The notes: a model not told the origin generated them from the sequence alone. A DNA stretch of 39,986 bases from Candidatus Spechtbacterales bacterium (GCA_040902285.1 JBBDXP010000009.1:1-39986), one strand, 5' to 3'. Counted from the stretch's first letter, positions 8,177-18,745 are shown. Program-made: numbers and translations.

Positions 8177-9295
8177 TTATGAAGCCAGTTTTAAAGAAAT
8201 TTTGTATTCCTCTGTGTCTATCGAAAGTATTTCAAACTCGTATTCTTTTCCTTCTTCTAATTTGCTTCTCATAATTTCTTCGTTTTCTTCGGCAGAGACG
8301 GATTCATCTTTAGCGGAAAATTCTGACACATGAACAAGGCCCTGTATTTTGTCTTCTATGCGGACCAGTGCGCCGTAAGGGTTTATGGTGGCTACAATAC
8401 CTTTTAGTTTATCACCAACTTTATATTTTTTATCAATTCCTTCCCATGGGTTTTCTTTAAGCGCTTTTAGGGAAAGCGAAACTTTATTTTCGGATATGTC
8501 AACTATTTTTGCCTTGACTTTGTCCCCGACCTTAATCATGTCCTTGGGGTCGCCAACCAAACTCCAATCAAGCTCGGAAATATGAATAAGACCCTCCAAT
8601 ATCTCGTCAAATTTTATAAACGCGCCAAAATCGACAACTCCGGTGATTTCTCCTTCAACCACATCTCCAACTTTGTATTTTTTGAGCGCTTTTTCAATAG
8701 CTTCGCCCTCGGCGGCTTTTTGAGAGAATATCAACTTTTCTTCCTCCGGATTAACATCCAGTACCTGCACTTCCATTGTTTCGTCAATGAATTTTCTTAA
8801 TTCATCCAATATCTTGTTTTTATCTCCACCTTCAACCCGCGGATAATTCGCTGGCGCCAGCTGTGATACGGGAAGAAATCCGGTAAGATTTCCTATTTTT
8901 CCCAAAAGTCCGCCCTTGTTCGCGTCAATTATTTTTATCTCTACGATTTCCTGGTTTTTCTTTTTTTCTTCCAGGTACTGCCAGCTTTTTTCCTCCTCCG
9001 CTTTTTTAAGGGAAAGTTCTCTGTATCCGTCTTCGTTTTCAAGTTCAACCAATTTAGCCGAGATTTTATCTCCGAGTTTAAGGTTTTTTATTATATCCTG
9101 TGCTCTGAAGTATTCCACTCCGTAAACAACGCCGGTTCCGATCATTCCCAAATCAATAAAAAGCATTCCTCTTTCTCTTCCCAATACTTCTCCTTCTACT
9201 ATGTCTCCTCGTTTTGGGAGTTGAAAATAGGATTTTTGCGCCTGAAGTACCTCTTTTGTAAGAGGTGTTTCGTTTGTTTTTGTTGTCGCTGTCAT
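8177..9295 (-). CDS. rpsA: 30S ribosomal protein S1 (four S1 domains, short form)
   Basis: Repeated S1/OB-fold motifs (GDIVEGEV..., VGDKVKAKIVDI..., GDKLKGIV...). At 372 aa this is the short S1 typical of small-genome bacteria. Confidence 0.8.
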   Translation of the reverse strand: MTATTKTNETPLTKEVLQAQKSYFQLPKRGDIVEGEVLGRERGMLFIDLGMIGTGVVYGVEYFRAQDIIKNLKLGDKISAKLVELENEDGYRELSLKKAEEEKSWQYLEEKKKNQEIVEIKIIDANKGGLLGKIGNLTGFLPVSQLAPANYPRVEGGDKNKILDELRKFIDETMEVQVLDVNPEEEKLIFSQKAAEGEAIEKALKKYKVGDVVEGEITGVVDFGAFIKFDEILEGLIHISELDWSLVGDPKDMIKVGDKVKAKIVDISENKVSLSLKALKENPWEGIDKKYKVGDKLKGIVATINPYGALVRIEDKIQGLVHVSEFSAKDESVSAEENEEIMRSKLEEGKEYEFEILSIDTEEYKISLKLAS

Positions 9296-9393
9296 ACGAA
9301 ATATAATCTATCACAAGGTCTTAAATTGAGCAAGTTTTAGCGTTGCTTGAAGCGTTATAAAGTGTTAAAATGAATTACGCTGGGTGTTGTTGT

Positions 9394-9430
9394 ATCTACT
9401 ATCTACTATCTACTAGCCTACTATCTACTA
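9394..9430 (+). repeat. Heptamer tandem repeat (ATCTACT)x5, one variant copy
   Basis: atctact atctact atctact agcctact atctact lies immediately 5' of the MBL hydrolase ATG (9436). Confidence 0.8.
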
Positions 9431-9435
9431 AATTT

Positions 9436-10074
9436 ATGGTAATTACTTGGTATGGACAATCTTGTTTCAGGGTACAAAGCGGCGCAGCCGTTTTAGTTTT
9501 CGACCCTTTTGAAAAGACAATAGGGCTTTCGCCACCCATGGGAGAATCCCAAATTGTTCTTATATCTCACGCCCATTCCGATCATAATAATATAAAAAGC
9601 TTGAAAGGAGACCCCTTTATTGTTGACAGTCCCGGGGAGTATGAATATCAAGGTATCCGTATTCGCGGAGCACGCTCGTTTCACGATTCCGAAAAGGGCA
9701 AAAAAGAGGGTCTGAATACAATGTACTCTGTGGTGTTGGAGGGGATAAATTTAGTTCATCTAGGAGATTTGGGACAGAAGGGATTAACGGATAAGCAGAT
9801 AGACGCTCTGGGTGGAGTCGATATTTTGCTTGTGCCTGTCGGCGGAAAAACAACGCTTGATGCCAAAGGGGCGGTTGAGGTGATAAATCAGATAGAACCT
9901 AAAATAACCATACCCATGCATTACGCTATAAAGGGGCTTAAGTCCAAAATTGAGAAAGTAGAACCTTTTTTGAACGAAATAGGCCAAAAAGAGGTCAAGC
10001 CCCAGGAAAAGCTTGTGATAAAACAAAAGGATTTGCCCCAAGAAAGAATGGAAGTTTTTGTTCTGAAAGTGTAA
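9436..10074 (+). CDS. MBL-fold metal-dependent hydrolase (UPF0173/YtkL-like)
   Basis: The HAHSDH (HxHxDH) motif is present, and the MVITWYGQSCFRV N-terminus is typical of UPF0173. The track ORF extends upstream through the heptamer repeats; the ATG at 9436 is preferred. Confidence 0.8.
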   Translation: MVITWYGQSCFRVQSGAAVLVFDPFEKTIGLSPPMGESQIVLISHAHSDHNNIKSLKGDPFIVDSPGEYEYQGIRIRGARSFHDSEKGKKEGLNTMYSVVLEGINLVHLGDLGQKGLTDKQIDALGGVDILLVPVGGKTTLDAKGAVEVINQIEPKITIPMHYAIKGLKSKIEKVEPFLNEIGQKEVKPQEKLVIKQKDLPQERMEVFVLKV

Positions 10075-10089
10075 ATTTATCGAAGAAAA

Positions 10090-10248
10090 ATGTCTTATCA
10101 AAAAAGATTAATGATTTTTTTGGCGATAATTTCTCTTACCCTTCTGGGTATGCTGGTGTATTTTTTCTCTAGCGTGCGCAACGCTGTAAACGATCTTGAG
10201 GGCAACGATGTTGAATTTATTCCCGAAAATATAATAGAACAAAAATAA
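10090..10248 (+). CDS. Hypothetical small membrane protein (52 aa)
   Basis: Manual ORF MSYQKRLMIFLAIISLTLLGMLVYFFSSVRNAVNDLEGNDVEFIPENIIEQK* with one predicted TM helix. The RBS is weak and the ORF is below the track cut-off. Confidence 0.3.
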   Translation: MSYQKRLMIFLAIISLTLLGMLVYFFSSVRNAVNDLEGNDVEFIPENIIEQK

Positions 10249-10254
10249 TATTTT

Positions 10255-12780
10255 ATGGCTGAACCAAATAAGCCCGACCAAAACATAAAAGAGAGGATGC
10301 TTACCACAGAAATGAAGGAATCCTATCTGGATTACGCGATGAGCGTGATTGTTTCACGCGCTTTGCCGGATGTGCGCGACGGTTTGAAGCCGGTCCACAG
10401 GAGAATTTTACACACCATGAATGAAATGGGACTTAGTTCATCCTCCAGATTCAGAAAATCCGCGGCAATAGTGGGTGAAGTTTTGGGAAAATATCATCCC
10501 CACGGAGACGCGGCTGTTTACGAATCAATGGCGCGCTTGGCGCAGGATTTCAGCGTGCGTTACATGCTTGTGGACGGGCAGGGAAACTTTGGCTCCATAG
10601 ACGGAGATTCTCCGGCGGCCATGCGTTACACGGAAGCGAAAATGACAAAACTTGCCGGAGCAATGCTGGCCGATATAGAAAAAGACACGGTTGACTGGCG
10701 CGACAACTATGACGGAACCCGGCAGGAGCCGATTGTTCTGCCGGCCGCGGCGCCCCAGCTTCTTTTGAATGGAACTCTGGGTATTGCTGTTGGTATGGCC
10801 ACCAATATACCCCCGCACAATCTTGGGGAGGTTATAGACGCGTCGGTGCATCTTATAGGGAATAAAAAAGCCACCGTCGAAGACCTTGTGGAATTCATAA
10901 AGGGTCCGGATTTTCCTACCGGAGGAATAATTTACAGCAAAAGGGCGATAATAGAGGCCTACGGACAGGGAAGAGGTCCAATCGTTGCGCGCGGAAAAGC
11001 GGAAATAAAAGAAGGGACAAAAAAAGACCATATAAAAGGCGAGTATATAGAGATTTCCGAGATTCCGTTCCAGGTTAATAAATCAGCCCTTATAGAGCGC
11101 ATGGCCGCACTTGTGCAGGATGGCAAACTGGACGGCATAAAAGATATCCGCGATGAAAGCGACAGGACAGGCATGCGTATTATTATAGAACTAAAAAGGG
11201 ATGCTCAGGGCAAAAAAATATTGAACAAGCTTTACAAATATACTGATTTGCAAAAAACATTCCACCTAAACATGGTTGCCTTGGTGGATGGAATACAGCC
11301 AAGAGTGCTTAATTTAAAAGAGGTTCTTGAAAAACATCTGGAGCATAGGCACGAGGTGGTAACCCGCCGTACAAAATACGATTTACGTCAGGCAAAGGAC
11401 AGAGCGCACATTCTGGAAGGACTTAAAAAAGCGCTGGATATTATAGACAAAATAATAGCAACGATTAAAAAATCAAAAGACAGACAAGATGCTCATAAAA
11501 ATCTTAGAGCTAAATTCAAGTTTACCGACAGGCAGACAACGGCTATTTTGGACATGCGGCTGCACAATCTTGCCAATCTTGAACGCAAAAAAATAGAAGA
11601 AGAACTAAAGGAGCTTAAAAAATTAATAAAACAATACGAAGAACTCCTAAAAAGCCCCGCCAAAATGTGGAAAAAAATTAAGGAAGAGCTTTTAGAGGTA
11701 AAAGCCAAATTTGCCGACGAGCGCAGAACTAAAGTAAATGTAACTTCGGCCGGACAGTTTAGCGAAGAAGACCTTATTCCCAAAGAAGAAACAATAATTT
11801 CTATGACCAAGGATGGCTATATAAAGCGCGTTCTGCCCTCCTTATACAAAGTCCAGCACAGGGGAGGAAAGGGCATAATAGGCATGGAAACAAGGGGAGA
11901 GGATCTGGTCGCACACTTTTTATCCGCTTCAACGCACGACCGCTTATTATTTTTTACAAATCAGGGCAGGGTTTTTCAAACTTTGGCCTACGAAATACCA
12001 TCGTCAACAAGAACAGGCAGAGGCAAGGCGCTTGCGAACTTTTTGGATTTGCAAAAAGAGGAATTTGTAACAGTTGTCATTCCTCTTACGCGCGGAGGCG
12101 AAAACAAGGCGAAAGAAGGCCTGCCTGCCGTAGCCTCTGCCCGCGAGTCGGTGCAGGCAGGAAAGTTTTTGGCTATGGTCACAAAAAACGGTATAATAAA
12201 AAAGACAGAAGCGAAAGATTTTGAAAATGTCCGAAGGAGCGGTTTATTGGCCATACGGCTTAAAAAAGGAGACACGCTTGGCTGGCTGGGAGTTTCCGGA
12301 GGAGATGACGATATAATGATAGCTACAAAGAATGGCCAGGCCATAAGGTTTTCTGAAAAAGACGCGCGCCCCATGGGAAGAAGCGCCTCGGGTGTAAAGG
12401 CGATAAACCTTAAGGACGGGGATGAGGTTGTGGGAATAGGAATAATGCAAAAAGCGGATGTGAAAAGGGATCTCCTTGTTGTAATGGCGAACGGACACGG
12501 CAAAAGAACTTCACTGGAATTGTTCAAAAGGCAAAAAAGGGGAGGCGCGGGAGTAAAAGCCGCCAACATCAGCAAAAAAACGGGAGATATAGTAAGTATA
12601 AGAGTTTTGAGGGAAGAAGAGGAGTTGATAGTAATATCAGCCAGGGGGCAGGTAATCCGTACCAAAATAGATAAAATATCCAGATTGGGCAGAGCCACGC
12701 AGGGTGTCAAAATAATGTCTCTAAAGCGGGGCGATCAAGTTGCTTCCGTAGCGGTTCAAACTAAAAATGAATATTACTAA
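10255..12780 (+). CDS. gyrA: DNA gyrase subunit A
   Basis: 841 aa with the [10 protein letters not shown] active-site tyrosine region, a QRD-region-like segment, and C-terminal beta-pinwheel repeats. Confidence 0.95.
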   Translation: MAEPNKPDQNIKERMLTTEMKESYLDYAMSVIVSRALPDVRDGLKPVHRRILHTMNEMGLSSSSRFRKSAAIVGEVLGKYHPHGDAAVYESMARLAQDFSVRYMLVDGQGNFGSIDGDSPAAMRYTEAKMTKLAGAMLADIEKDTVDWRDNYDGTRQEPIVLPAAAPQLLLNGTLGIAVGMATNIPPHNLGEVIDASVHLIGNKKATVEDLVEFIKGPDFPTGGIIYSKRAIIEAYGQGRGPIVARGKAEIKEGTKKDHIKGEYIEISEIPFQVNKSALIERMAALVQDGKLDGIKDIRDESDRTGMRIIIELKRDAQGKKILNKLYKYTDLQKTFHLNMVALVDGIQPRVLNLKEVLEKHLEHRHEVVTRRTKYDLRQAKDRAHILEGLKKALDIIDKIIATIKKSKDRQDAHKNLRAKFKFTDRQTTAILDMRLHNLANLERKKIEEELKELKKLIKQYEELLKSPAKMWKKIKEELLEVKAKFADERRTKVNVTSAGQFSEEDLIPKEETIISMTKDGYIKRVLPSLYKVQHRGGKGIIGMETRGEDLVAHFLSASTHDRLLFFTNQGRVFQTLAYEIPSSTRTGRGKALANFLDLQKEEFVTVVIPLTRGGENKAKEGLPAVASARESVQAGKFLAMVTKNGIIKKTEAKDFENVRRSGLLAIRLKKGDTLGWLGVSGGDDDIMIATKNGQAIRFSEKDARPMGRSASGVKAINLKDGDEVVGIGIMQKADVKRDLLVVMANGHGKRTSLELFKRQKRGGAGVKAANISKKTGDIVSIRVLREEEELIVISARGQVIRTKIDKISRLGRATQGVKIMSLKRGDQVASVAVQTKNEYY

Positions 12781-13312
12781 AGAAAACAATCAGGCCTTAT
12801 TTTTAAATCCGTATGCGGTTGTTGGTGAGCTTGATATAAAAGACGGAATGAGCGTTGCCGAATTCGGTAGCGGGGCGGGGCATTTTGCGCTTTCGTTAGC
12901 TAGCAGAGTTAGCAAAAGCGGAAGAGTTTACGCCATTGATCTTCGCCAAAGCGTGTTGGAAGTTTTGGAAGGCCACATAAAGCTTAAGGGGCTTTTGCAA
13001 ATCAGGCCCATAAAGTCCGATTTAGAGGAGGCGAACGGCTCAACCCTTAAAGAAGGTTCGCAGGATATGGTTTTGTGCGCGAATATATTGCACCAGGTAG
13101 ACCATCCTTTCAATCTTATAAAAGAAGCGGGGCGTATTTTAAGGGAGGCAGGACGGCTTGTCGTTATCGACTGGCTTGAGGGTTCTGTGCTTGGTCCTCC
13201 CGACAGAATACCCAAAAAGAAGGTGGAAGAACTGGCCTTAGAAGCCGGATTTAAAAAAGACAAGGAGTTTGAAACGGGAAATCAGCATTATGGATTAATT
13301 TTTAAAAAGTAA
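12767..13312 (+). CDS. Class I SAM-dependent methyltransferase
   Basis: Motif [12 protein letters not shown] is present. The ORF overlaps the gyrA stop by 14 nt. Confidence 0.7.
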   Translation: MNITKENNQALFLNPYAVVGELDIKDGMSVAEFGSGAGHFALSLASRVSKSGRVYAIDLRQSVLEVLEGHIKLKGLLQIRPIKSDLEEANGSTLKEGSQDMVLCANILHQVDHPFNLIKEAGRILREAGRLVVIDWLEGSVLGPPDRIPKKKVEELALEAGFKKDKEFETGNQHYGLIFKK

Positions 13313-13448
13313 AGCAGTTGCTTGGCGAATAGAGCGACTGACAAAGTCGGACGCTCTAAGAGCTTAGAAACGCTTTATCCTGCACCTTGGTGCCAAGGTG
13401 CAGGATGCTCAATTTTCTATATAAAATTAAAATTTTAACAAAATCGGC

Positions 13449-14840
13449 ATGTCATTTTTTTCTGATTTTTCATACAACTGGCAGGTAATGCCGCCTTACA
13501 AGAAAAACCGAATTATTGTTGGCATAGTTGTGGCTATGGTATTGGCTGTTGTCGTTTTCGGAGTTTTGTCCGGATTTTTTAAACAAAAGGTAAGTGAATC
13601 TCAGCCCGTAACAATTGAGTTTTGGGATAGTTTTGACACCGGCGATGATTATCTTGAGGTATTCTCCAGATTTACCGATGAAAACCCAAATGTCTCAGTG
13701 CAATACAGAAAAATACCGCCCGAATTGTACCGACAGACCGTTACGGATGCATTGGCCGAAGGAGAAGGCCCTGACGTTTACGTTATACACAACACATGGC
13801 TTACTCAGGGGATAAGGCGTCTGGCTCCGATGAATGAATTTGTGGAAACAAATCCGGCGCTTATCTTGAATGAATTTCCCGATGTTGTTAGGTTTGATTT
13901 TACACGCGAGGGTTCAGCCGCTGTGCCTTTTATTTACGCACTGCCCATTTCCATAGATACGTTGGCGCTTTATTATAATGCAGATTATCTCAATAGCGAG
14001 GGCATCGTTGAGCCACCCGCGACGCTCGAACAGCTTGTCGAATATTCAAACCGCCTGCGAAAAATAGATGAAGCGGGCAACATACAGTTAGCCGGCTTAG
14101 CCGTGGGCGCTGCGGACAATGTTGACCATGCGACGGATATTCTATCTCTTTTGATGTTGCAGGGAGGGGCGCAAATGAATTCAACCTTCGATGAGTCGGT
14201 GACTTTTGACCAGCCGATTAAAGTAGGAGAGGACATTTTTTTCCCGGCCAGAGACGCAATGAACTTTTACACTTCTTTTTCGGACCCCGCCGCCGAAAAT
14301 TATACCTGGAGCCCCGCTTCGGAAAATTCTCTAGAGGCGTTTATAAAAGGAAAGGTGGCGATGATGATAAATTATTCGGATGCAGAAAATATTATACGTA
14401 GAGAGAATCCGGCTTTGAATTTTAAAGTCGCGCCGATGCCTCAGCCGGCCGGCCGTTTTGATAAAATAACTTATGCTAATTATTGGGGCCTTGCAGTGGC
14501 AAAAAACTCTAAAAACGCGCAATTGGCATGGGAACTTATCCACTATTTGACCCAGCCGGAGAATGCTACACTGTATTTGAGGGCTTCAGGGAGGCCTCCG
14601 GCGTTAAAATCGTTGATAGGCGAACCGATGTTTGACGAAGAGGGAGGGGAAATATTGGATCCTGATTATGACATGTTTTCCACCCAGATATTGACTGCCC
14701 GGTCGTGGATACAGCCGGATCCGGTCCGAGTGGATAGTATTCTCAAAAATGCTATAAACTATGTTCTAAACGGCGAAAAAAGCGCGGCTTTGGCAATAGG
14801 TGATGCCGTTCAACAGATAAATTCAATAATTAATTTTTAA
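13449..14840 (+). CDS. ABC transporter extracellular solute-binding protein (family 1, sugar-type), membrane anchored
   Basis: An N-terminal TM anchor is followed by an SBP_bac_1-like fold (e.g. ...VYVIHNTW..., ...YANYWGLAVAKNSKN...). Confidence 0.75.
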   Translation: MSFFSDFSYNWQVMPPYKKNRIIVGIVVAMVLAVVVFGVLSGFFKQKVSESQPVTIEFWDSFDTGDDYLEVFSRFTDENPNVSVQYRKIPPELYRQTVTDALAEGEGPDVYVIHNTWLTQGIRRLAPMNEFVETNPALILNEFPDVVRFDFTREGSAAVPFIYALPISIDTLALYYNADYLNSEGIVEPPATLEQLVEYSNRLRKIDEAGNIQLAGLAVGAADNVDHATDILSLLMLQGGAQMNSTFDESVTFDQPIKVGEDIFFPARDAMNFYTSFSDPAAENYTWSPASENSLEAFIKGKVAMMINYSDAENIIRRENPALNFKVAPMPQPAGRFDKITYANYWGLAVAKNSKNAQLAWELIHYLTQPENATLYLRASGRPPALKSLIGEPMFDEEGGEILDPDYDMFSTQILTARSWIQPDPVRVDSILKNAINYVLNGEKSAALAIGDAVQQINSIINF

Positions 14841-14841
14841 T

Positions 14842-15213
14842 ATGCTGAACATAAAAAATTTATTTTATACAGTTCTGTTGCTTGTTTTAGTTGTTTCGGC
14901 CAATTCCGCGGATGCCGTTGTAGAAATGAACGGCGGAGGAGGAGGATCGGGGGGAACCACAATAAGATTGCCCAATCCTCTTAAGGCCTCTAATTTTAAC
15001 CAGCTTTTGGAGTCGGTGCTGAACCTGCTTTTGGTTTTTGCCATTCCTCTGTATGCCCTTATGGTGGTTATAGCGGGCTATTATTTTCTTTTCGGGGGGC
15101 AAAATCCGGCAAACAGAGTCAAATCATTGACTATATTTAAATATGCGACCATAGGCCTTGTATTTTTGCTTTTTTCCAGAGCTATTGTTGCACTTATACA
15201 AGGTTCGTTATAA
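14842..15213 (+). CDS. TrbC/VirB2-like pilin-family small membrane protein
   Basis: A signal peptide, a Gly-rich stretch and two C-terminal TM helices with FLFGGQNPANRVK, which is shared with the three downstream paralogs. Confidence 0.55.
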   Translation: MLNIKNLFYTVLLLVLVVSANSADAVVEMNGGGGGSGGTTIRLPNPLKASNFNQLLESVLNLLLVFAIPLYALMVVIAGYYFLFGGQNPANRVKSLTIFKYATIGLVFLLFSRAIVALIQGSL

Positions 15214-15300
15214 AATAAGATTAGGAGATGGGGGTGTGAGATACAAACATCCCTAATTTAAAAAGGTCGTTTTTATTCAAAAAATAAAAACAAAATATTT

Positions 15301-15789
15301 ATGAAAACAAAAACATTAACCAATGTATCAAGAATAGCGACGGTTGCATTTTTGTTGGCAGCGTTTTCCTTAATGCTTGCCGGAAATGTGTTGGCGCACG
15401 GAAACCACAGCGCCACAACAGACAAGTGTTCCTTAAGGGCGACTGTAAGCGCAACCGAGGCGAATGATTTGACCGGAAAGACCGTGGGAACGCACGCACC
15501 AAGCACAACGGGAGGCCTTGACCTCGTGGACCCGAATGTTGCCGGGGATCATGCCCTTATTTGCACATACGGACTTATTAAGTTCGTTACAAATGTTTTG
15601 CTTGTAACGGTGCTTGTGGTTGCGACATTGCTTATCGCTTACGCCGCATTTCTGTTTGTTACAGCGGGCCAGAGCCCGGAAAAAAGAGGCAAAGCACGAG
15701 ATTTTCTTATCTTTGCCATTGTCGGTTTGGTTATAGCAGCGGTAGCAAGCTTGATACCCACCATAGTTCGTGGAATTATCGGAGTGTAA
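15301..15789 (+). CDS. TrbC/VirB2-like pilin-family protein, paralog 1
   Basis: Signal peptide (…LAHG), a ~70-aa exposed region with two Cys, then two TM helices (AAFLFVTAGQSPEKRGKARDF). A terminator hairpin follows. Confidence 0.6.
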   Translation: MKTKTLTNVSRIATVAFLLAAFSLMLAGNVLAHGNHSATTDKCSLRATVSATEANDLTGKTVGTHAPSTTGGLDLVDPNVAGDHALICTYGLIKFVTNVLLVTVLVVATLLIAYAAFLFVTAGQSPEKRGKARDFLIFAIVGLVIAAVASLIPTIVRGIIGV

Positions 15790-15813
15790 TTGCTTTAAGC
15801 GATTCAATCCCAA

Positions 15814-15842
15814 AAACACCCCTTAGCGGGGTGTTTTTGTTA
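15814..15842 (+). terminator. Rho-independent terminator
   Basis: aaacacccc-ttagc-ggggtgttt followed by ttgtt. Confidence 0.7.
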
Positions 15843-15939
15843 TAGGGGTGAAAACGGGGTTGTATTGCAATCAATATTTGTGTAAAATAAAATTATCATT
15901 GATTTTATCGATTTTAAAATACTTATAAGTAAAATAATT

Positions 15940-16425
15940 ATGATAAAAATATTAAAAGCGCCAAAAGCCATTATTGTAACATTTGTTTTAGCGGGAATAC
16001 TTTTTGGTACGGTTCCCGGTGTGTTGGCTCATGGAACACACACAACGTCGTTAGCAGGCAGCGGGTATTGTCTGTTAAGAGTTACCGTTTCTGCCGGTGA
16101 CGCGCAACAACTTACGGGCAGATCTGTGGGTACGCACCCCGCCGGTTACAGGCTTAGTTTAACTGAGCCAACCATAGGTGGAGAACACGCGCTGATATGC
16201 GCCTACGGCCTTATCGGATTTATAACAAATGTGCTCCTTATATTTATACTTGTGGTTGCTGCGGCGTTTATCGCTTATGCCGCGTTTCTGTTTGTTACAG
16301 CGGGCGCCAATCCGGCCACCCGGACGAAAGCCAGGGACTTTTTCCTGTATGCCGTTATAGGTTTGATTGTGGCTCTTTTGGCAAGCCAGATCCCCACCCT
16401 TGTCAGGGGAATTCTCGGAGTATAA
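15940..16425 (+). CDS. TrbC/VirB2-like pilin-family protein, paralog 2 (divergent exposed region)
   Basis: Same architecture as paralog 1. The TM region is conserved and the exposed region has diverged (YCLLRVTVSAGDAQQLTGRSVGTHPAGYRLSL...). Confidence 0.6.
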   Translation: MIKILKAPKAIIVTFVLAGILFGTVPGVLAHGTHTTSLAGSGYCLLRVTVSAGDAQQLTGRSVGTHPAGYRLSLTEPTIGGEHALICAYGLIGFITNVLLIFILVVAAAFIAYAAFLFVTAGANPATRTKARDFFLYAVIGLIVALLASQIPTLVRGILGV

Positions 16426-16451
16426 AAATTAATTATTAAATAAAAATTAAC

Positions 16452-16928
16452 ATGACAAAAATTACGAAAATATCAAGAATTGTCATTGTTGCCTTCGCAC
16501 TTGCCGGTCTTCTTGTGGCACCAAGCGTGTTGGCGCACGGAAGCCACACCGCTACAACAAACAAGTGTTCCTTAAGGGCGACTGTAAGCGCAACCGAGGC
16601 GAATGATTTGACCGGAAAGACCGTGGGAACGCACGCACCAAGCACAACGGGAGGCCTTGACCTCGTGGATCCGAATGTTGCCGGGGATCATGCCCTTATT
16701 TGCACATACGGATTTATTAAGTTCGTTACAAATGTTTTGCTTGTAGTTATTCTTGTTGTGGCATCTCTGCTTATCGCTTATGCCGCATTTCTGTTTGTTA
16801 CAGCCGGCGGGAATCCGGCCAATAGAGAGAAAGCGCGTTCCTATCTTATATTTGCGGTTATAGGCCTTGTTGTTGCTGTTGTGGCAGCGCTTATTCCAAC
16901 CATTGTCAGAGGAATCATCGGGGTATAA
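16452..16928 (+). CDS. TrbC/VirB2-like pilin-family protein, paralog 3
   Basis: Carries a ~190-bp tract nearly identical to paralog 1 (16558-16745 versus 15421-15608). Confidence 0.6.
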   Translation: MTKITKISRIVIVAFALAGLLVAPSVLAHGSHTATTNKCSLRATVSATEANDLTGKTVGTHAPSTTGGLDLVDPNVAGDHALICTYGFIKFVTNVLLVVILVVASLLIAYAAFLFVTAGGNPANREKARSYLIFAVIGLVVAVVAALIPTIVRGIIGV

Positions 16929-16950
16929 GTTTTTGCGTTCACAAATGATA

Positions 16951-16983
16951 AAAATCCCCCGCGCTAAGCAGGGGATTTTTATA
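16951..16983 (+). terminator. Rho-independent terminator of the pilin array
   Basis: aaaaatcccc-cgcgctaagca-ggggattttt. Confidence 0.7.
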
Positions 16984-17008
16984 AAAAAGCCCCGCATTAT
17001 GCGGGGCA
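16982..17008 (-). terminator. Rho-independent terminator of the minus-strand operon
   Basis: On the minus strand: gccccgc-ataa-tgcggggc followed by ttttttat. Confidence 0.65.
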
Positions 17009-17017
17009 GAGTTTGTA

Positions 17018-17473
17018 CTATCGAAGCAACCTTACGGTTATTGTAATGGTAGTATTTTCTCCATTGAGAGAGCGCACGCGGAAAATTCCTGTGCTTTCTC
17101 CAAGCCAAACAGGTGCGCGATTTGTGTTATCCACAATCTCAGTTCCGTCAATGAACTGAATTTTAATGATAGAGCCCTTTTCGGCAAATATCCAAAATTG
17201 GTCCGTTGTGACAGGAACGGTTATCCATCCGCTCCAGCATCCGGGCCTTGCGGTTACAACCATTCTGCGCTGGTCATCGTCCATTTGGGTATGTCTGTAT
17301 CCGTGACACCAGATATTCGCTTCTGCTTGCGAAGAATTTCCCGTTAAACTGTCTAAACCGCCGTTATCGGCTATTTCCTGGCGCCCCAGCGCGAGGAACA
17401 CAATAACGGCTCCCGTGAGCAGATACCACCAAAACTTGCCTATTCCGTTGCCGTTAGCTTTCATCAGGCGCAT
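17018..17473 (-). CDS. Membrane-anchored small protein, possibly an NfeD-like partner of the SPFH protein
   Basis: An N-terminal TM helix is followed by a beta-rich C-terminal domain. The ORF overlaps the upstream SPFH gene by 20 nt, which argues for an operon. The NfeD assignment is tentative. Confidence 0.45.
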   Translation of the reverse strand: MRLMKANGNGIGKFWWYLLTGAVIVFLALGRQEIADNGGLDSLTGNSSQAEANIWCHGYRHTQMDDDQRRMVVTARPGCWSGWITVPVTTDQFWIFAEKGSIIKIQFIDGTEIVDNTNRAPVWLGESTGIFRVRSLNGENTTITITVRLLR

Positions 17474-18638
17474 CTTTCTTTAGCATGTGGACAACCGCTT
17501 CCGCCAGCTCCAGAAGAACGCTCCTGGTTTTAGGTTCTATGCCAAAGCTGCTCTCGTTCCTGTTGACTTCCTTTTTGATTTTTCCGGCTTCCACTTGGGT
17601 AGCTTCCAGAGCTGCCTCTCCAGAAATTCCAAGTTGTTCCTGCATTTCCTTAGAGAGTTGGGTGCGCGTTCTGGTTTCGGTCCTCTCTGAACTGCGCTGG
17701 AGTTTTTCGATAGCGTTTTTCTTGTCCGCTTCGAATATTCTGTCTATAACTTCGGCTGTTTTGCCGATTGCCTGTATTCCTCCAATGTTAAGGAAGGTAA
17801 GCACAATACCAAGTTCCCTGTGGGCTCTTGTGCCTTTTCCTCGTTTCAATTCGCGGATTATTTCGCGCCTGCATTCCACAGATTCTCTGAGAGCGTCCAT
17901 TTCATCTTGGGTGGGCTGTTCCTGCTTGAGAATACTCTCAACTTTGGTCCAGTCCCTGCCCCAATTTTTTATCTGCGGCTTAGCGGGAGGTTTGCCTTCA
18001 AAATATCGCAGAAGTACCGGTGTCGGCACTGATGACGGAATATGGTCCATTTCGGAGCCAAGGATGCTTTTTGCCAAAACGGCAACAGCTTCATCGGATG
18101 CCATCATGCCTTCCTGCACGGTTCTCGGTTCATGTTCGTCGGAGAAAGCCCAGGTACGCAAAGATTGGTGGACTATGTTTTGCAGAATATCTTTGACACC
18201 CTTTTCCCCGCCACTGTTCAGGTAGTTTATGATATATTTGCGCGAAGGGTGGAACACTATACCGACCGGAATTTCCAGTTCTCCGAAATCGGGAGTTCGG
18301 ACTTTTTGATGCGGAAGGTCAAAATCAATACGCGTAATTTCAACCGCAATATACCCGTAAAAATAAGGATAAAGCGGGAAAAATCTCCAACCCTCCTCTT
18401 TTGTGTCCCCGGTTCTCTGTCCCAAAATAGTTACCGCGGCCACATGCGGGGGATCGGCTTCTATCCGCCTCATACCGCTAAAGATATACCATCCCATTAC
18501 CAGCATAAAAACAGCTATCCCGATATTATTGTTGGTAAGATCGGCAACAGTGAGCGCCGCGAAAGCGGACGCCGCAAGCATATATAGGGTAATGGATATT
18601 TCACTGAGAAATACCTTTCGCAGTGCTTTAAGAGCCAT
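17454..18638 (-). CDS. SPFH/band-7 (stomatin/flotillin-like) domain membrane protein
   Basis: N-terminal TM helices, an SPFH-like core (…PPHVAAVTILGQRTGDTKEEGWRFFPLYP…FDLPHQKVRTPDFGELEIPVGIVF…), and a C-terminal coiled-coil E/K/R-rich region. Confidence 0.6.
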   Translation of the reverse strand: MALKALRKVFLSEISITLYMLAASAFAALTVADLTNNNIGIAVFMLVMGWYIFSGMRRIEADPPHVAAVTILGQRTGDTKEEGWRFFPLYPYFYGYIAVEITRIDFDLPHQKVRTPDFGELEIPVGIVFHPSRKYIINYLNSGGEKGVKDILQNIVHQSLRTWAFSDEHEPRTVQEGMMASDEAVAVLAKSILGSEMDHIPSSVPTPVLLRYFEGKPPAKPQIKNWGRDWTKVESILKQEQPTQDEMDALRESVECRREIIRELKRGKGTRAHRELGIVLTFLNIGGIQAIGKTAEVIDRIFEADKKNAIEKLQRSSERTETRTRTQLSKEMQEQLGISGEAALEATQVEAGKIKKEVNRNESSFGIEPKTRSVLLELAEAVVHMLKKDAPDES

Positions 18639-18745
18639 TCGACTCTCCTTTCTTTGTAAGAGTACTGGACTGATTATACTTTTTATTGTATACTAAGTCA
18701 ACAGGAGTATCAGATTCTGTTCGTATCTCACACCCCTACTAACAT

